DNA from: Candidatus Altiarchaeota archaeon
GTDB lineage: Archaea > Altiarchaeota > Altiarchaeia > IMC4 > SCGC-AAA252-I15
Length of the DNA: 64,000 nt
Assembly (NCBI GenBank): GCA_043800705.1
Contig: JAZDMS010000010.1
Location: 2,570 to 66,569 of the forward strand
Reading direction: 5' to 3'
Both the position numbers and the translations under genes were made by a program. Below the pieces are notes generated by a model, which saw nothing but the letters and a program-made list of their open reading frames with translations, made no database searches and was not told the origin of the DNA. Shown in pieces: positions 27,334 through 36,371 of this stretch; the first letter of the stretch is position 1, and every line of letters begins with the position of its first letter.

Positions 27334-30300
27334 ATGCGGTTGACCCGGTTGGAGTTGAAGGGGTTCAAGTCTTTCAGGGAAAAGACCGTCCTGGAGTACC
27401 CGGACAAGTTCATGGGCATCGTCGGCCCCAACGGCTCCGGCAAGAGCAACATCACCGAGGCCATATGCTTTGTCTTGGGGAAGTCCAGGGGCCTGAGGGC
27501 CGCTAACCTGCAGGAGCTCATCTTCAACGGCGGCATAGGCGGGCAGCCCGCCCAGAAGGCCGTTGTTGCGATCACTTTGAAGGACAACAGCGGCCAGAGG
27601 CACAGGATCTGCCGCATCGTCGACCGCGACGGGAATTCTCAGTACAAGCTGGATGACAAGAGGACGACCCGCCAGCACGTGATGGAGATCGTCGGCGACT
27701 CCGAGTACAACATCATCCTCCAAGACGACATAACGAAGGTCGTCGAGATGAAGCCGAAGGACAGGCGAAGGATAATCGACGACCTGTGCGGCATCGGCAT
27801 CTATGACGAGAAGAGGGACAAGGCCCTCGGGGAGCTGGAGAAGGTCGAGGAGCGGATCTCCCAGACTCACATCATACTCGGCGAGAAGCAGGGCTACATG
27901 CACGAGCTGAGGAAGGAGCGCGACGAAGCCCTCAAGTACCTCAAGGTCAGGGACGAGCTTAGGAGCTCGAAGGCGACCATCCTTTACAAGGACATAACGA
28001 GTTTCGAGCGAAGGAGCGAGAAGATAGAAGCGGAGTCCGCAGAGCTGAAGAAGGGGCGCGAGGAGGCGTTAAAGAGGATTTCGGACGTTAAGTCAGATAT
28101 CGGGCAGCAGACGGACAGGCTCAAGGCGGTCAATTCGGAGATTATTCGCCTCGAGGAGGAGAAGAAGGGAACGAAGATCACCGAGGTCAGGGGCGAAATC
28201 GCCAGGCACGAGGACCGGGTCGGCCTGTTCACGAAGCAGCTTGAGGCTCTCGTATCGGAGGAGTCGGACAAGAAGGATAACCTCAGCCTCGTTTTGGCGC
28301 AGAACCGGGAGAACGAGGCCCTTTTGAACGAATGTGGCGTGCGGCATTCCGCGTTCGTCAAAGAGGTCGAGTCCGAGGCGAAGAAGACCGTCGACTCCGC
28401 GCTCGAATCCGAGCTGGACGTCGCAAAGAACAGGGTCTTCGAGGCGCGTTCCTCGATCAAGGCAATCCGGGAGCTGAACCAGAAGAAGCTCCAGGAGGCT
28501 GCGGCCCTCAAGGGCGAGAGGGAGAGCATCGAGGCGAAGATGAAGGCCTGCATAAGCGAGGAGCAGGGAGTCCTCAAGGATGCCGAGAAATATCAGCTCG
28601 AAAACGACCAGTCCCTGGCGGACTTCAAGAGGTTCGAAGGCGAATACGATCTTTCAAACAACTCGGTAAACGACGTGCACCAGAGGCTGGAGGGGCAGAG
28701 GATCCTTCTAACGAGGAAGCAGAGCGAGCTTTCCACGATCCTCCGGGCTTCGGGGGGTATGCAGCATGCGGTCCGCGCCGTGGTCGGGCTGAAGAAGGTC
28801 ATACCCGGCATATTCGGCCCTGTATCGCAGCTTGGGCAGGTGAAGGACAGGTCGTACGAGCTAGCCCTGCAGGTTGCGGCGGGCTCAAGGATGCAGTACG
28901 TGGTCGTGTCATCCGTCAACGACGCTGCGAAGTGCATAGACTACCTCCGGCAGAAGAAGATCGGCAGGTGCACGTTCCTCCCCCTGGACAAGGTCAAGTC
29001 CAAGACGACCGACAAGGCCCCCAAGGATTCCCTAGGCTTTGCGAGAGACCATGTCCAATACTCTAGCAAGTTTTCAACAGTCTTCGAATACGTCTTCGGG
29101 GATACTATCCTGGTCAAGGACATAGAGACCGCGAAGAGGATCGGCATAGGCGAATGGAGGATGGCCACGCTGGACGGCGACCTCCTGGAGCTGTCGGGCG
29201 CGATGACCGGAGGCCACGTCGGCGAACGCTACGAGATAACGTTCTCCAACATCGAGGAGCTGGAGCGGGAGACGGCGGCGCTGGAATCGTCAGTCGCATC
29301 GCTGGAGGCAGAATACGAGGAGAAGGTCGCATCGAGGAAGAAGCTCGACGCCTCCCTGATGATGCTGAGGGAGCGGATACGCAAGAGCAAGGAGGGCCTG
29401 GACGCGTCGGGGTATCAGAACAACCTCTCCTCGGAGCGCAGGAGCGCGTTCAGGGCGAGCCTCAACAAGGCCGTCGACAGCCTTTCCGCGCTGGAGCGGG
29501 AGATGCAGGACAACGCAGTCGAGATAACGAAGCTGGAGCGGACCGCAAGCGCCGAGGAGAAGAGTATCAACGAGCTGGCGGAGCGCAGAAACCGGGGAGC
29601 GGTCACGAAGGTCGACTCGCTGAAGGACGCACTCCGCGACCTGGAGGTCCAGAAGACGAAGCTCACAGAGAAGGCAGGCTTCCTCAAACAGCAGGCGGAG
29701 CAGCTTAAGGCCAGGCTGGCCGAGATCGCGCCATCCCGGGACATGATAGAGGGCGAGATCAAGTCGCTTGAGGGAAACATCCACAAGCTCCGATTCGAAC
29801 TCGACGGCCTGGAGAAGGCCCACCACTCCGTGCACGGAGAGATCGCGAAGCTCATCGAGGAGAGGGGAAATGTCGAGGTCCAGATCACGGAGCTCTCATC
29901 CAGGATAGGCGAGACCGAACGGGGAATGGAGGGCGCTGCCCAGAGGCTCCAGGACTATATGGTCGAAAAGGCGACGATAAACACCCGCCTGGACGACCTG
30001 CGTAGGGAATACGGCAAATATGAGGGCGTGGCGCTCATAGAGAAGGCCGTAAAGGAGCTGACGGACCTTGCCGAGAAGCTGGAGCGGGACCTGACTGCGT
30101 TCGGCTCCGTCAACCTGAGGTCTGTGGAGACGTATGAGGTCATCAAGAAGGAGTTCGATGAGATCAACGCCAAGCTCGACACCCTCAAGAGCGAAAGGCA
30201 GAGCATATTCGATTTCATGGACAAGATAGAGTCCAAGAAGCGGGACACGTTCATGGAGGCCTTCGACAAGGTGAAGGCCAACTTCGAACGCATCTACGCG

Positions 30301-30801
30301 CAGCTCGCAGACGGAAAGGGCACGCTCATACTCGACAACCCGATGAACATATCCGAAAGCGGGCTCATAATCACCGCATCCCCGGGCGGCAAGAGGGTGA
30401 TGTCCCTCGACGCGATGAGCGGGGGCGAGAAGGTCCTCACATCCAGCGCGTTCCTCCTCGGCCTACAGCAGTACAAGCCGGCGTACTTCTACATCGTGGA
30501 TGAACTGGACGCCGCCTTGGACAAGAGGAACTCTTCGAGGCTCGCCGAGATGCTTGCCGCATCATCGAGCCAGTTCCTGATGGTCACCCACAACATGAAC
30601 ATGCTCAAGTACATGGACTCCGCGATCGGGGTCTCCATGACTAATGGGTCCAGCCAGATAGTCGGGGTCAGGTTCTCGGCGGAGAAGCAGGCCCCAATCG
30701 AGACCGCCCTGCCGAAGGAGGAGGCCGGCGGGGACGTCGACGCCGACGAGCTGGAGCCCGTAATACCGGAAGCGCCGACGGACGGGAAGACTGCGGGCTG
30801 A
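27334..30801 (+). CDS. smc: Chromosome segregation protein SMC
   Basis: Walker A GPNGSGKSN, long coiled coils, hinge, signature LSGGEK and Walker B. A GGAGG Shine-Dalgarno sits 8 nt upstream. Confidence 0.95.
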   Translation: MRLTRLELKGFKSFREKTVLEYPDKFMGIVGPNGSGKSNITEAICFVLGKSRGLRAANLQELIFNGGIGGQPAQKAVVAITLKDNSGQRHRICRIVDRDGNSQYKLDDKRTTRQHVMEIVGDSEYNIILQDDITKVVEMKPKDRRRIIDDLCGIGIYDEKRDKALGELEKVEERISQTHIILGEKQGYMHELRKERDEALKYLKVRDELRSSKATILYKDITSFERRSEKIEAESAELKKGREEALKRISDVKSDIGQQTDRLKAVNSEIIRLEEEKKGTKITEVRGEIARHEDRVGLFTKQLEALVSEESDKKDNLSLVLAQNRENEALLNECGVRHSAFVKEVESEAKKTVDSALESELDVAKNRVFEARSSIKAIRELNQKKLQEAAALKGERESIEAKMKACISEEQGVLKDAEKYQLENDQSLADFKRFEGEYDLSNNSVNDVHQRLEGQRILLTRKQSELSTILRASGGMQHAVRAVVGLKKVIPGIFGPVSQLGQVKDRSYELALQVAAGSRMQYVVVSSVNDAAKCIDYLRQKKIGRCTFLPLDKVKSKTTDKAPKDSLGFARDHVQYSSKFSTVFEYVFGDTILVKDIETAKRIGIGEWRMATLDGDLLELSGAMTGGHVGERYEITFSNIEELERETAALESSVASLEAEYEEKVASRKKLDASLMMLRERIRKSKEGLDASGYQNNLSSERRSAFRASLNKAVDSLSALEREMQDNAVEITKLERTASAEEKSINELAERRNRGAVTKVDSLKDALRDLEVQKTKLTEKAGFLKQQAEQLKARLAEIAPSRDMIEGEIKSLEGNIHKLRFELDGLEKAHHSVHGEIAKLIEERGNVEVQITELSSRIGETERGMEGAAQRLQDYMVEKATINTRLDDLRREYGKYEGVALIEKAVKELTDLAEKLERDLTAFGSVNLRSVETYEVIKKEFDEINAKLDTLKSERQSIFDFMDKIESKKRDTFMEAFDKVKANFERIYAQLADGKGTLILDNPMNISESGLIITASPGGKRVMSLDAMSGGEKVLTSSAFLLGLQQYKPAYFYIVDELDAALDKRNSSRLAEMLAASSSQFLMVTHNMNMLKYMDSAIGVSMTNGSSQIVGVRFSAEKQAPIETALPKEEAGGDVDADELEPVIPEAPTDGKTAG

Positions 30802-30880
30802 ACCTGATTGACCTCTATCTGTGATCCCGTAAGCGCGGCATACTTGATTTAAAAACCTGGGCTCATTATCCTTTGGAAGG

Positions 30881-31336
30881 ATGGATGTCAGGAAAGCTTC
30901 GGTTAGGGACGTCGATGCGATCAGGGCTCTGATAGACGTCTATTCCAGGCAGGGCAAGATGCTATCCCGCAGCCTCAGCTACCTCTACGACAACATCAGG
31001 GACTATTTCGTCGTCGAGGAAGGCGGCAGGGTGATCGGCTGCGTCGGCCTCCACATCACATGGAGCGACCTTGCGGAGATCAAGAGCCTAGCAGTCGACC
31101 CGGTCCACCAGCAGAAGGGCGTGGGGAGAGCCCTCCTTGAGGCGACGTTCAGGGAGGCTAAGGAATTCGGCATATCCCGGCTATTCACCCTGACCCTGGA
31201 GCCTGATTTCTTCACCAGGCACGGTTTCAGGGTGATTCCGCGGGAGTCGCTGCCGATGAAGATCTGGGGCGAATGCATACAGTGCCCGAAATACCCAGAA
31301 TGCGACGAGGTCGCCTTGGAATACCCCCTCAAATGA
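30881..31336 (+). CDS. GNAT family N-acetyltransferase (short ArgA-like)
   Basis: Q/RxxGxG/A motif (QQKGVGRALL). Confidence 0.7.
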   Translation: MDVRKASVRDVDAIRALIDVYSRQGKMLSRSLSYLYDNIRDYFVVEEGGRVIGCVGLHITWSDLAEIKSLAVDPVHQQKGVGRALLEATFREAKEFGISRLFTLTLEPDFFTRHGFRVIPRESLPMKIWGECIQCPKYPECDEVALEYPLK

Positions 31337-31342
31337 GTTGGC

Positions 31343-32047
31343 TCAGGCCATATCGTGGAAGACCCTCTCGTTCGGGTACAGGTTGATGCCGGTGTCCTCT
31401 ATGCGGTAGACAGTCTCGGTCGTCTTGTGTTTCGTACCCCTCATCTTCAGGACCTCGAGGGTCCTGACCCGCTCCTGCCCGACCTTCTTGTAGTAGAGCT
31501 TGATCCAGCCGTCGACGATGTATGTGAGGCCGAAGGGTGTGTAGTCCTGAGACGATTCAGAGACTATCAGCGTCGTCACGTTCCAGCTCTTCAGCTTTTC
31601 GAAAAGGCGCTGGACAGCGGTCCGCTGTTTTGATTCGTTCTCGTAGTTGAGGACGAAGGCGGAGATGCTGTCGAGGACTATGCGCTTCGCCTGCATCTGG
31701 ATTATCTCCTGCTCGATGCCGAGGGATCCCTTGTCGAGGAAGTCCTTCATCTTCTGCGACGTGCATTCGAAGAACAGGAAGTTGCCGGCGTTCTCGTACT
31801 CCTCGATGTTGTATCCGAACCTGGCCATGTTATGGGTGAAGCTCTTCTTGGTCTCCTCGACGCTGATGTACACCCCCCTCTCGCCGGCCTTGACGCCGGC
31901 CAGGAGATACTGCAGCGCGAACGTCGATTTGCCGCTTCCGGGATCCCCCTCCAGGAGGTTGACGCTGTCCTCCTTGAATCCTCCCTCCATGAGCTCGTCG
32001 AGTTTACCGACGCCCGTAGACTTCCTTCCCGTCTCTGTCCTGTCCAT
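31343..32047 (-). CDS. KaiC-like RecA-superfamily ATPase (single domain; ArlH/FlaH-like)
   Basis: Walker A GDPGSGKST and a KaiC-type core; about 230 aa. Confidence 0.75.
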   Translation of the reverse strand: MDRTETGRKSTGVGKLDELMEGGFKEDSVNLLEGDPGSGKSTFALQYLLAGVKAGERGVYISVEETKKSFTHNMARFGYNIEEYENAGNFLFFECTSQKMKDFLDKGSLGIEQEIIQMQAKRIVLDSISAFVLNYENESKQRTAVQRLFEKLKSWNVTTLIVSESSQDYTPFGLTYIVDGWIKLYYKKVGQERVRTLEVLKMRGTKHKTTETVYRIEDTGINLYPNERVFHDMA

Positions 32048-32049
32048 GT

Positions 32050-32742
32050 TTAATCAGTCCCGAAGACCCTCTCGTTCGGGTACAGGTTGATGCCTTTGTC
32101 CTCTATCCTGTAGACGACCTCGGTCGCATCGTGCTTCGTACCCCTCATCTTCAGCACCTCGATCGTGCGTATCCTCTCGCGGCCGCTCTTTTTGTAGTAG
32201 AGGCGTATCCATCCGTCGACGAGGTATGATGCCCAGTTGTTGTTGTGCTGGGTGTGTGCCGCCTCGGCGATGACGAGCGTGGTCAGCCCCCAGCTTCTGA
32301 GCTTCTCGAAGAGCCGGTGGACCGCAGCCCTCTGTTTGGCTTCGGTCTCATAGAGCGTTACGAAGGCGGATATGCTGTCCAGGACGAGCCTTTTCGCATG
32401 TATCTCCGTTATCTTGTCCTCTATCCCTATCGTTCCCTTGTCGAGGGATTCCTTCAGCTTCTGGGGGTTGCATTCGTAGAAGAACAGGCTGCCTTCCTTC
32501 TCGTATTTTGCGAGGTCGAAGCCGTAGTAGCCCATGTTCTCGAAGAAGTTCTCCCTGCTCTCCTCGACGCTGATGTATATCCCGTTCTCGCCTGCGTTTA
32601 TGCCTGCGACGACATAGGACACAGAGAGCGTGGATTTGCCGCTGCCTGCGTCGCCTTCCACCAGCGTTATGCTCTTCTCCTTCAGGCCCCCCTGTATGAG
32701 GCTGTCGAGGTTTGGGATGCCAGTGGGTCGGCGTGCGTTCAT
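32050..32742 (-). CDS. KaiC-like RecA-superfamily ATPase, a paralogue of the preceding gene
   Basis: Walker A GDAGSGKST. Collinear similarity to 31343-32047 (…KMRGTKH…INLYPNERVF in both). Confidence 0.75.
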   Translation of the reverse strand: MNARRPTGIPNLDSLIQGGLKEKSITLVEGDAGSGKSTLSVSYVVAGINAGENGIYISVEESRENFFENMGYYGFDLAKYEKEGSLFFYECNPQKLKESLDKGTIGIEDKITEIHAKRLVLDSISAFVTLYETEAKQRAAVHRLFEKLRSWGLTTLVIAEAAHTQHNNNWASYLVDGWIRLYYKKSGRERIRTIEVLKMRGTKHDATEVVYRIEDKGINLYPNERVFGTD

Positions 32743-32774
32743 CTTTCAACTATTGGCCTTTCCACATAATAAGG

Positions 32775-33512
32775 CTAATACCAGCCGTACTTCCTTTTTT
32801 GCCTACGCTGCTGGGTGCCCCAGGATTTCACTGTAAGGCCTCGCAGGATCACGTCCGGATCGCTTCTGTCCTTGGCCCTTCCGGCGTATTCCTCCGTATT
32901 CTTCCCAACTGCCGCCTTGGACTGCGCCTCCGTGAGCCCCAGCATCATCCCCCCGTCCGCCAAGTCGTGCGGGCTTCTCACGTCTAGGTCCGTGCGGGCG
33001 CCGCAGCCCAAAACGACATTTACGCCGTACTTTCTTGCGACCCTGATGTTCTGGCCGATGCGCCCAAGCAGCCTGGCACGCCTCATCCCGTTCGCGTGTA
33101 GGACGTTGCCTGCGTTGACTAGGTATCCGACTCTCCTCTCCGCCATGAAGGCAGCCATCACGTGGTCGATGCCCCCGCTCCACTGGTCTACGAGGTCGCG
33201 CTCCTCGTTCATTTCGGGGTTCACGATGAGGTCGACCTCCCAGGACTCGGAAGCCGCCCTTGCCGCGTCCTCGTTGCGGCCGTCCACGACTACGAGGTCC
33301 GCACCCAGGTCGAGGGCCTTATGTGCTGCCTTCTCAGGGGCTTCCGAGATTATGGCGCCGACGAGGACATTTCTCCCCCTCTTCCTCGCTGATTCCGCGA
33401 ATCCCCTGAAGTCTGCGCCGAATTCGCACGCTGCGAGGATGCCGTCCCATCCGAGCCGGATGTGGGCCTCAAGGGTCGCAGGGTCCGTGAGTAGGTCATA
33501 GCATTTCATCAA
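32775..33512 (-). CDS. rnp3: RNase P protein component 3 (Rpp30/p30, TIM-barrel)
   Basis: Family-level pattern (VDLIVNPE...); about 240 aa. Confidence 0.5.
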   Translation of the reverse strand: MMKCYDLLTDPATLEAHIRLGWDGILAACEFGADFRGFAESARKRGRNVLVGAIISEAPEKAAHKALDLGADLVVVDGRNEDAARAASESWEVDLIVNPEMNEERDLVDQWSGGIDHVMAAFMAERRVGYLVNAGNVLHANGMRRARLLGRIGQNIRVARKYGVNVVLGCGARTDLDVRSPHDLADGGMMLGLTEAQSKAAVGKNTEEYAGRAKDRSDPDVILRGLTVKSWGTQQRRQKRKYGWY

Positions 33513-33999
33513 GCAGCTCCGCCGCGGACCTCAGCGCGTTCTCCCTGCTGGCGGGGTAGGCCGCCAGCTTGAATGTCACATGGATTGGGTCCTTATGTTC
33601 CAGGACCATCTTGCCGCCTTTGGCTTCGGCCTTGCTCAGGCGCAGGTACATGTTGCAGTCGTCGTCGACATGGTCTTCGAGCCTCTCCCTCAGGAGCCTC
33701 TTGTCGTATTCGTCCAGTCCGCGCAGGACCTTGGATGCGAACTCCCTCACCTCCTTCTGTCTTGTGAGCCTGGCCGTAAGCTCGACGATCTCGCTTTTGA
33801 ACACACCCCCGTCGGCCTCAGGCTCGAGGACCGTTTCATCGACCTTCGTGTCCGCAGGCAAGAGGCCCTTCAGGATCTCGCGAAGGGCTTCCGAGGCCTC
33901 CTTCGGCGAGAATGCGCGGACAGTGATGTGGTGGGCTTTCACGGTAAAATAGAAGACGGATTGGATTATTAAGGGATGTATTTCTTCAAGAGATTCCAA
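33496..33999 (-). CDS. Hypothetical protein, possibly RNA-processing associated given its neighbourhood
   Basis: A 167-aa ORF overlapping the rnp3 start; not recognised. Confidence 0.35.
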   Translation of the reverse strand: MESLEEIHPLIIQSVFYFTVKAHHITVRAFSPKEASEALREILKGLLPADTKVDETVLEPEADGGVFKSEIVELTARLTRQKEVREFASKVLRGLDEYDKRLLRERLEDHVDDDCNMYLRLSKAEAKGGKMVLEHKDPIHVTFKLAAYPASRENALRSAAELLDEML

Positions 34000-34009
34000 C
34001 TATCTTACC

Positions 34010-35593
34010 GTGGAAGCCGAGGTGCATGGAAAACAGTTCAGAAAGGCTGCTTTAGTCAGCCAGTTTCGGCAGGGTAAGCCGGCGGAGGAGGCATTGGCCT
34101 ACATGGTGAAGAAATTCCACCAGGATATGCCCCCCGAGGAAGTCAGACGGCTATATTCGCACATGAACCCGTCCCCCCTGAAGTTTTCGAGGCTACCCCC
34201 AGAGCAGGTATCAGAGGCATACCGAAGACAAAGGCAGAGGCAGAAGGAGAGGGCAGATAGGATCGGGCAGAAGAAGCTTGGCAGATCGCTTACGCCCGCC
34301 ACTCGTAAAAAAATCGCCGAGGCGGGTATGGGCAGGGTGATGTCGGAGGAATCGAAAAAGAAGATAAGCGCCGCCAATACCGGGAAAATTGTCAGCCCAG
34401 AGACTAGGGAGAAGCTTCGGAAGGCGAAACTTGGCACAACCCAAAGCGAAGAGACCAAGGAGAAGAAACGCAAGGCCAGCCTTGGCAGAGTCGTCACCCC
34501 CCAAACCCGGGGGAGATTGAGCAAGGCATTAATGGGCCATAGCGTAAGTCCTGAAGCTAGGGAGAAGATTGCCGATGCCGCTAGAATGAGGACCGGCAGA
34601 AAAAATTCATTCTTCGGGAGGCATCATACGCCGGAGACAAAAAAAAGGCTGAGTGAACGGATGTCTGGCGAAATGCACCCGATGTTTGGCAAACACCTAT
34701 CTGAAGAGGCAAGGCGAAAAATAAGCGAGTCTAAAAAAGGACCTAAGAATCCGATGTTTGGCGTGCATAAACCTCATAGCCCTGAAACAAAAAAAAGCAT
34801 AAGCGAGTCTCTGTTAAGCTTCAATAAGGTGTTCTCTGCCAAGGGCGGTGGCGAGACAATTGACGTGCCTGCCATCGACGACGAGGACATGTCACTGATA
34901 TCTGATGCATTGTCGAGGCACAGGGATTTGGGCATCCTCTACTGTGTGGCGAAAATTGACAGAAATAAGGCTGACCGCCTTGTCTCCTCGCACAAGTTGG
35001 ACGTGCGTCGCATGGTGGAGGAGAGACTTACACCCTACAAACTCGCACCGGATAGCGGGATAATGCTCGCCTGGGTTTACCTCATGGCTAAAGAACTAGG
35101 GGTGGATATTTCCCCGTCCGAGGAACATGCCATCATCATAGGGGGAGAGGCAAAGCGGCTTATGGCGAACGTTAAGGGGTCTGACGTAGTCGACTACATC
35201 GATGTAATCGACTTTGCAGAGCTCTCCTCAACGATGCCACAGATCGGCATCAGAGCGGATTATAAAGAAGTCGAGGAACCTATGAGGACACACCTCATCT
35301 GTTTTTTGGCTGATGCCAGGCATAGGGCAAAAAAGTTATGGAAGGATTTGCGAACTGCCAGGACAGAAAATGAGTTGGATGAATCGAACCGTAACCTGGG
35401 CAGCATGACGGCTTCGATACTCCTCAACATGGGGCGCATGGGCTTCGGGGCGGATGTCACAGGCGATGATTGGGATATAATGGCCTCCCGGCTGGAGTCC
35501 TTCAGGGAATCAAATAACGCCTCAGGAATCGCATGGATGCATTATGCCCTGAGGGAAATCTCCAAATACTATCCTCTTAAGGCCAGACCTTGA
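34010..35593 (+). CDS. NUMOD3 tandem-repeat DNA-binding protein (8-9 repeats) with a C-terminal domain of unknown function and no nuclease domain
   Basis: Repeats of [ST]xE[AT][RK]xK[IL]SxAxxG with a ~22-aa period between residues 90 and 260. GTG start. Confidence 0.65.
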   Translation: MEAEVHGKQFRKAALVSQFRQGKPAEEALAYMVKKFHQDMPPEEVRRLYSHMNPSPLKFSRLPPEQVSEAYRRQRQRQKERADRIGQKKLGRSLTPATRKKIAEAGMGRVMSEESKKKISAANTGKIVSPETREKLRKAKLGTTQSEETKEKKRKASLGRVVTPQTRGRLSKALMGHSVSPEAREKIADAARMRTGRKNSFFGRHHTPETKKRLSERMSGEMHPMFGKHLSEEARRKISESKKGPKNPMFGVHKPHSPETKKSISESLLSFNKVFSAKGGGETIDVPAIDDEDMSLISDALSRHRDLGILYCVAKIDRNKADRLVSSHKLDVRRMVEERLTPYKLAPDSGIMLAWVYLMAKELGVDISPSEEHAIIIGGEAKRLMANVKGSDVVDYIDVIDFAELSSTMPQIGIRADYKEVEEPMRTHLICFLADARHRAKKLWKDLRTARTENELDESNRNLGSMTASILLNMGRMGFGADVTGDDWDIMASRLESFRESNNASGIAWMHYALREISKYYPLKARP

Positions 35594-35697
35594 GTGGCCC
35601 TATCTGCTTGACGGTTAATGCTCTCTTTTCCCGGATTCCCCCCTCCCGGCCTCCATCTCCTACAGCCTCAACCTGGGGGGATGACGACTCAGGGTTA

Positions 35698-36369
35698 TTA
35701 ACCGGTCTTTGGTATCAGGTCGCAGAAGAAGAACCTCCCGTCCTTTGACGTGATCTCTCCCCTTTCGAATCGGACCGGTTTCCCGAACCCTGGCCCGTCG
35801 TATGCGAACGTGTGGAATTCCCCGTTCTCGCCGCATGGGTCCGCGTCGGAGGGAAGGCTTTTCAGGAATTCCCCGTCGTATTCCCTCCCCGCCAGGTCCT
35901 CGTCCAGCTCGCAGCCGTCGACGCACGTCACTATCGCCTTGTACCCCCGTGCGATGAAATCTCTCGCAAGGGCTGCGGTATCCTCCTTCCACAGCGGGAA
36001 GACAGCTTCCATCCCGGCTCTGGCGAGCCTGTCGGTCCTGTACGCCCTGAGGTCCTCGAGGAAGATGTCGCCGAACGCGACTGCGGAGATCCCCTCTCCC
36101 TTTTTCCCCTCCAGGATGGCGCCCATCGCGCCCTCGTAGTCCGTGTTGGTGTGGTCCTTGCCGAGTCCGACCTCGGTCAGCGGCAGGCCCAAGGATTCCG
36201 CCTGCATCCTCAGTAGCTCGATCCTGACCCCGTGCATGAAGACGCGGCCGAAGTCGGAATTGTATGTGCTCAGAAGCGCGGCGACATCGTATTTTCCCTC
36301 GCGTCTCAGGCGTTCCAGCGCTAGTAGGCTGTCTTTTCCGCCGCTCCAGGAAAGTATGGCATTCGGCAT
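35698..36369 (-). CDS. dph6: Diphthine-ammonia ligase (Dph6-like PP-loop ATPase)
   Basis: PP-loop SWSGGKDS at the N-terminus. Confidence 0.7.
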   Translation of the reverse strand: MPNAILSWSGGKDSLLALERLRREGKYDVAALLSTYNSDFGRVFMHGVRIELLRMQAESLGLPLTEVGLGKDHTNTDYEGAMGAILEGKKGEGISAVAFGDIFLEDLRAYRTDRLARAGMEAVFPLWKEDTAALARDFIARGYKAIVTCVDGCELDEDLAGREYDGEFLKSLPSDADPCGENGEFHTFAYDGPGFGKPVRFERGEITSKDGRFFFCDLIPKTG

Positions 36370-36371
36370 GT

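Noticed and set aside
33496-33999. RNase P Pop5 subunit next to rnp3
   Set aside because: The adjacency with Rpp30 suggested Pop5, but the sequence lacks the Pop5 N-terminal pattern. I left it as hypothetical.
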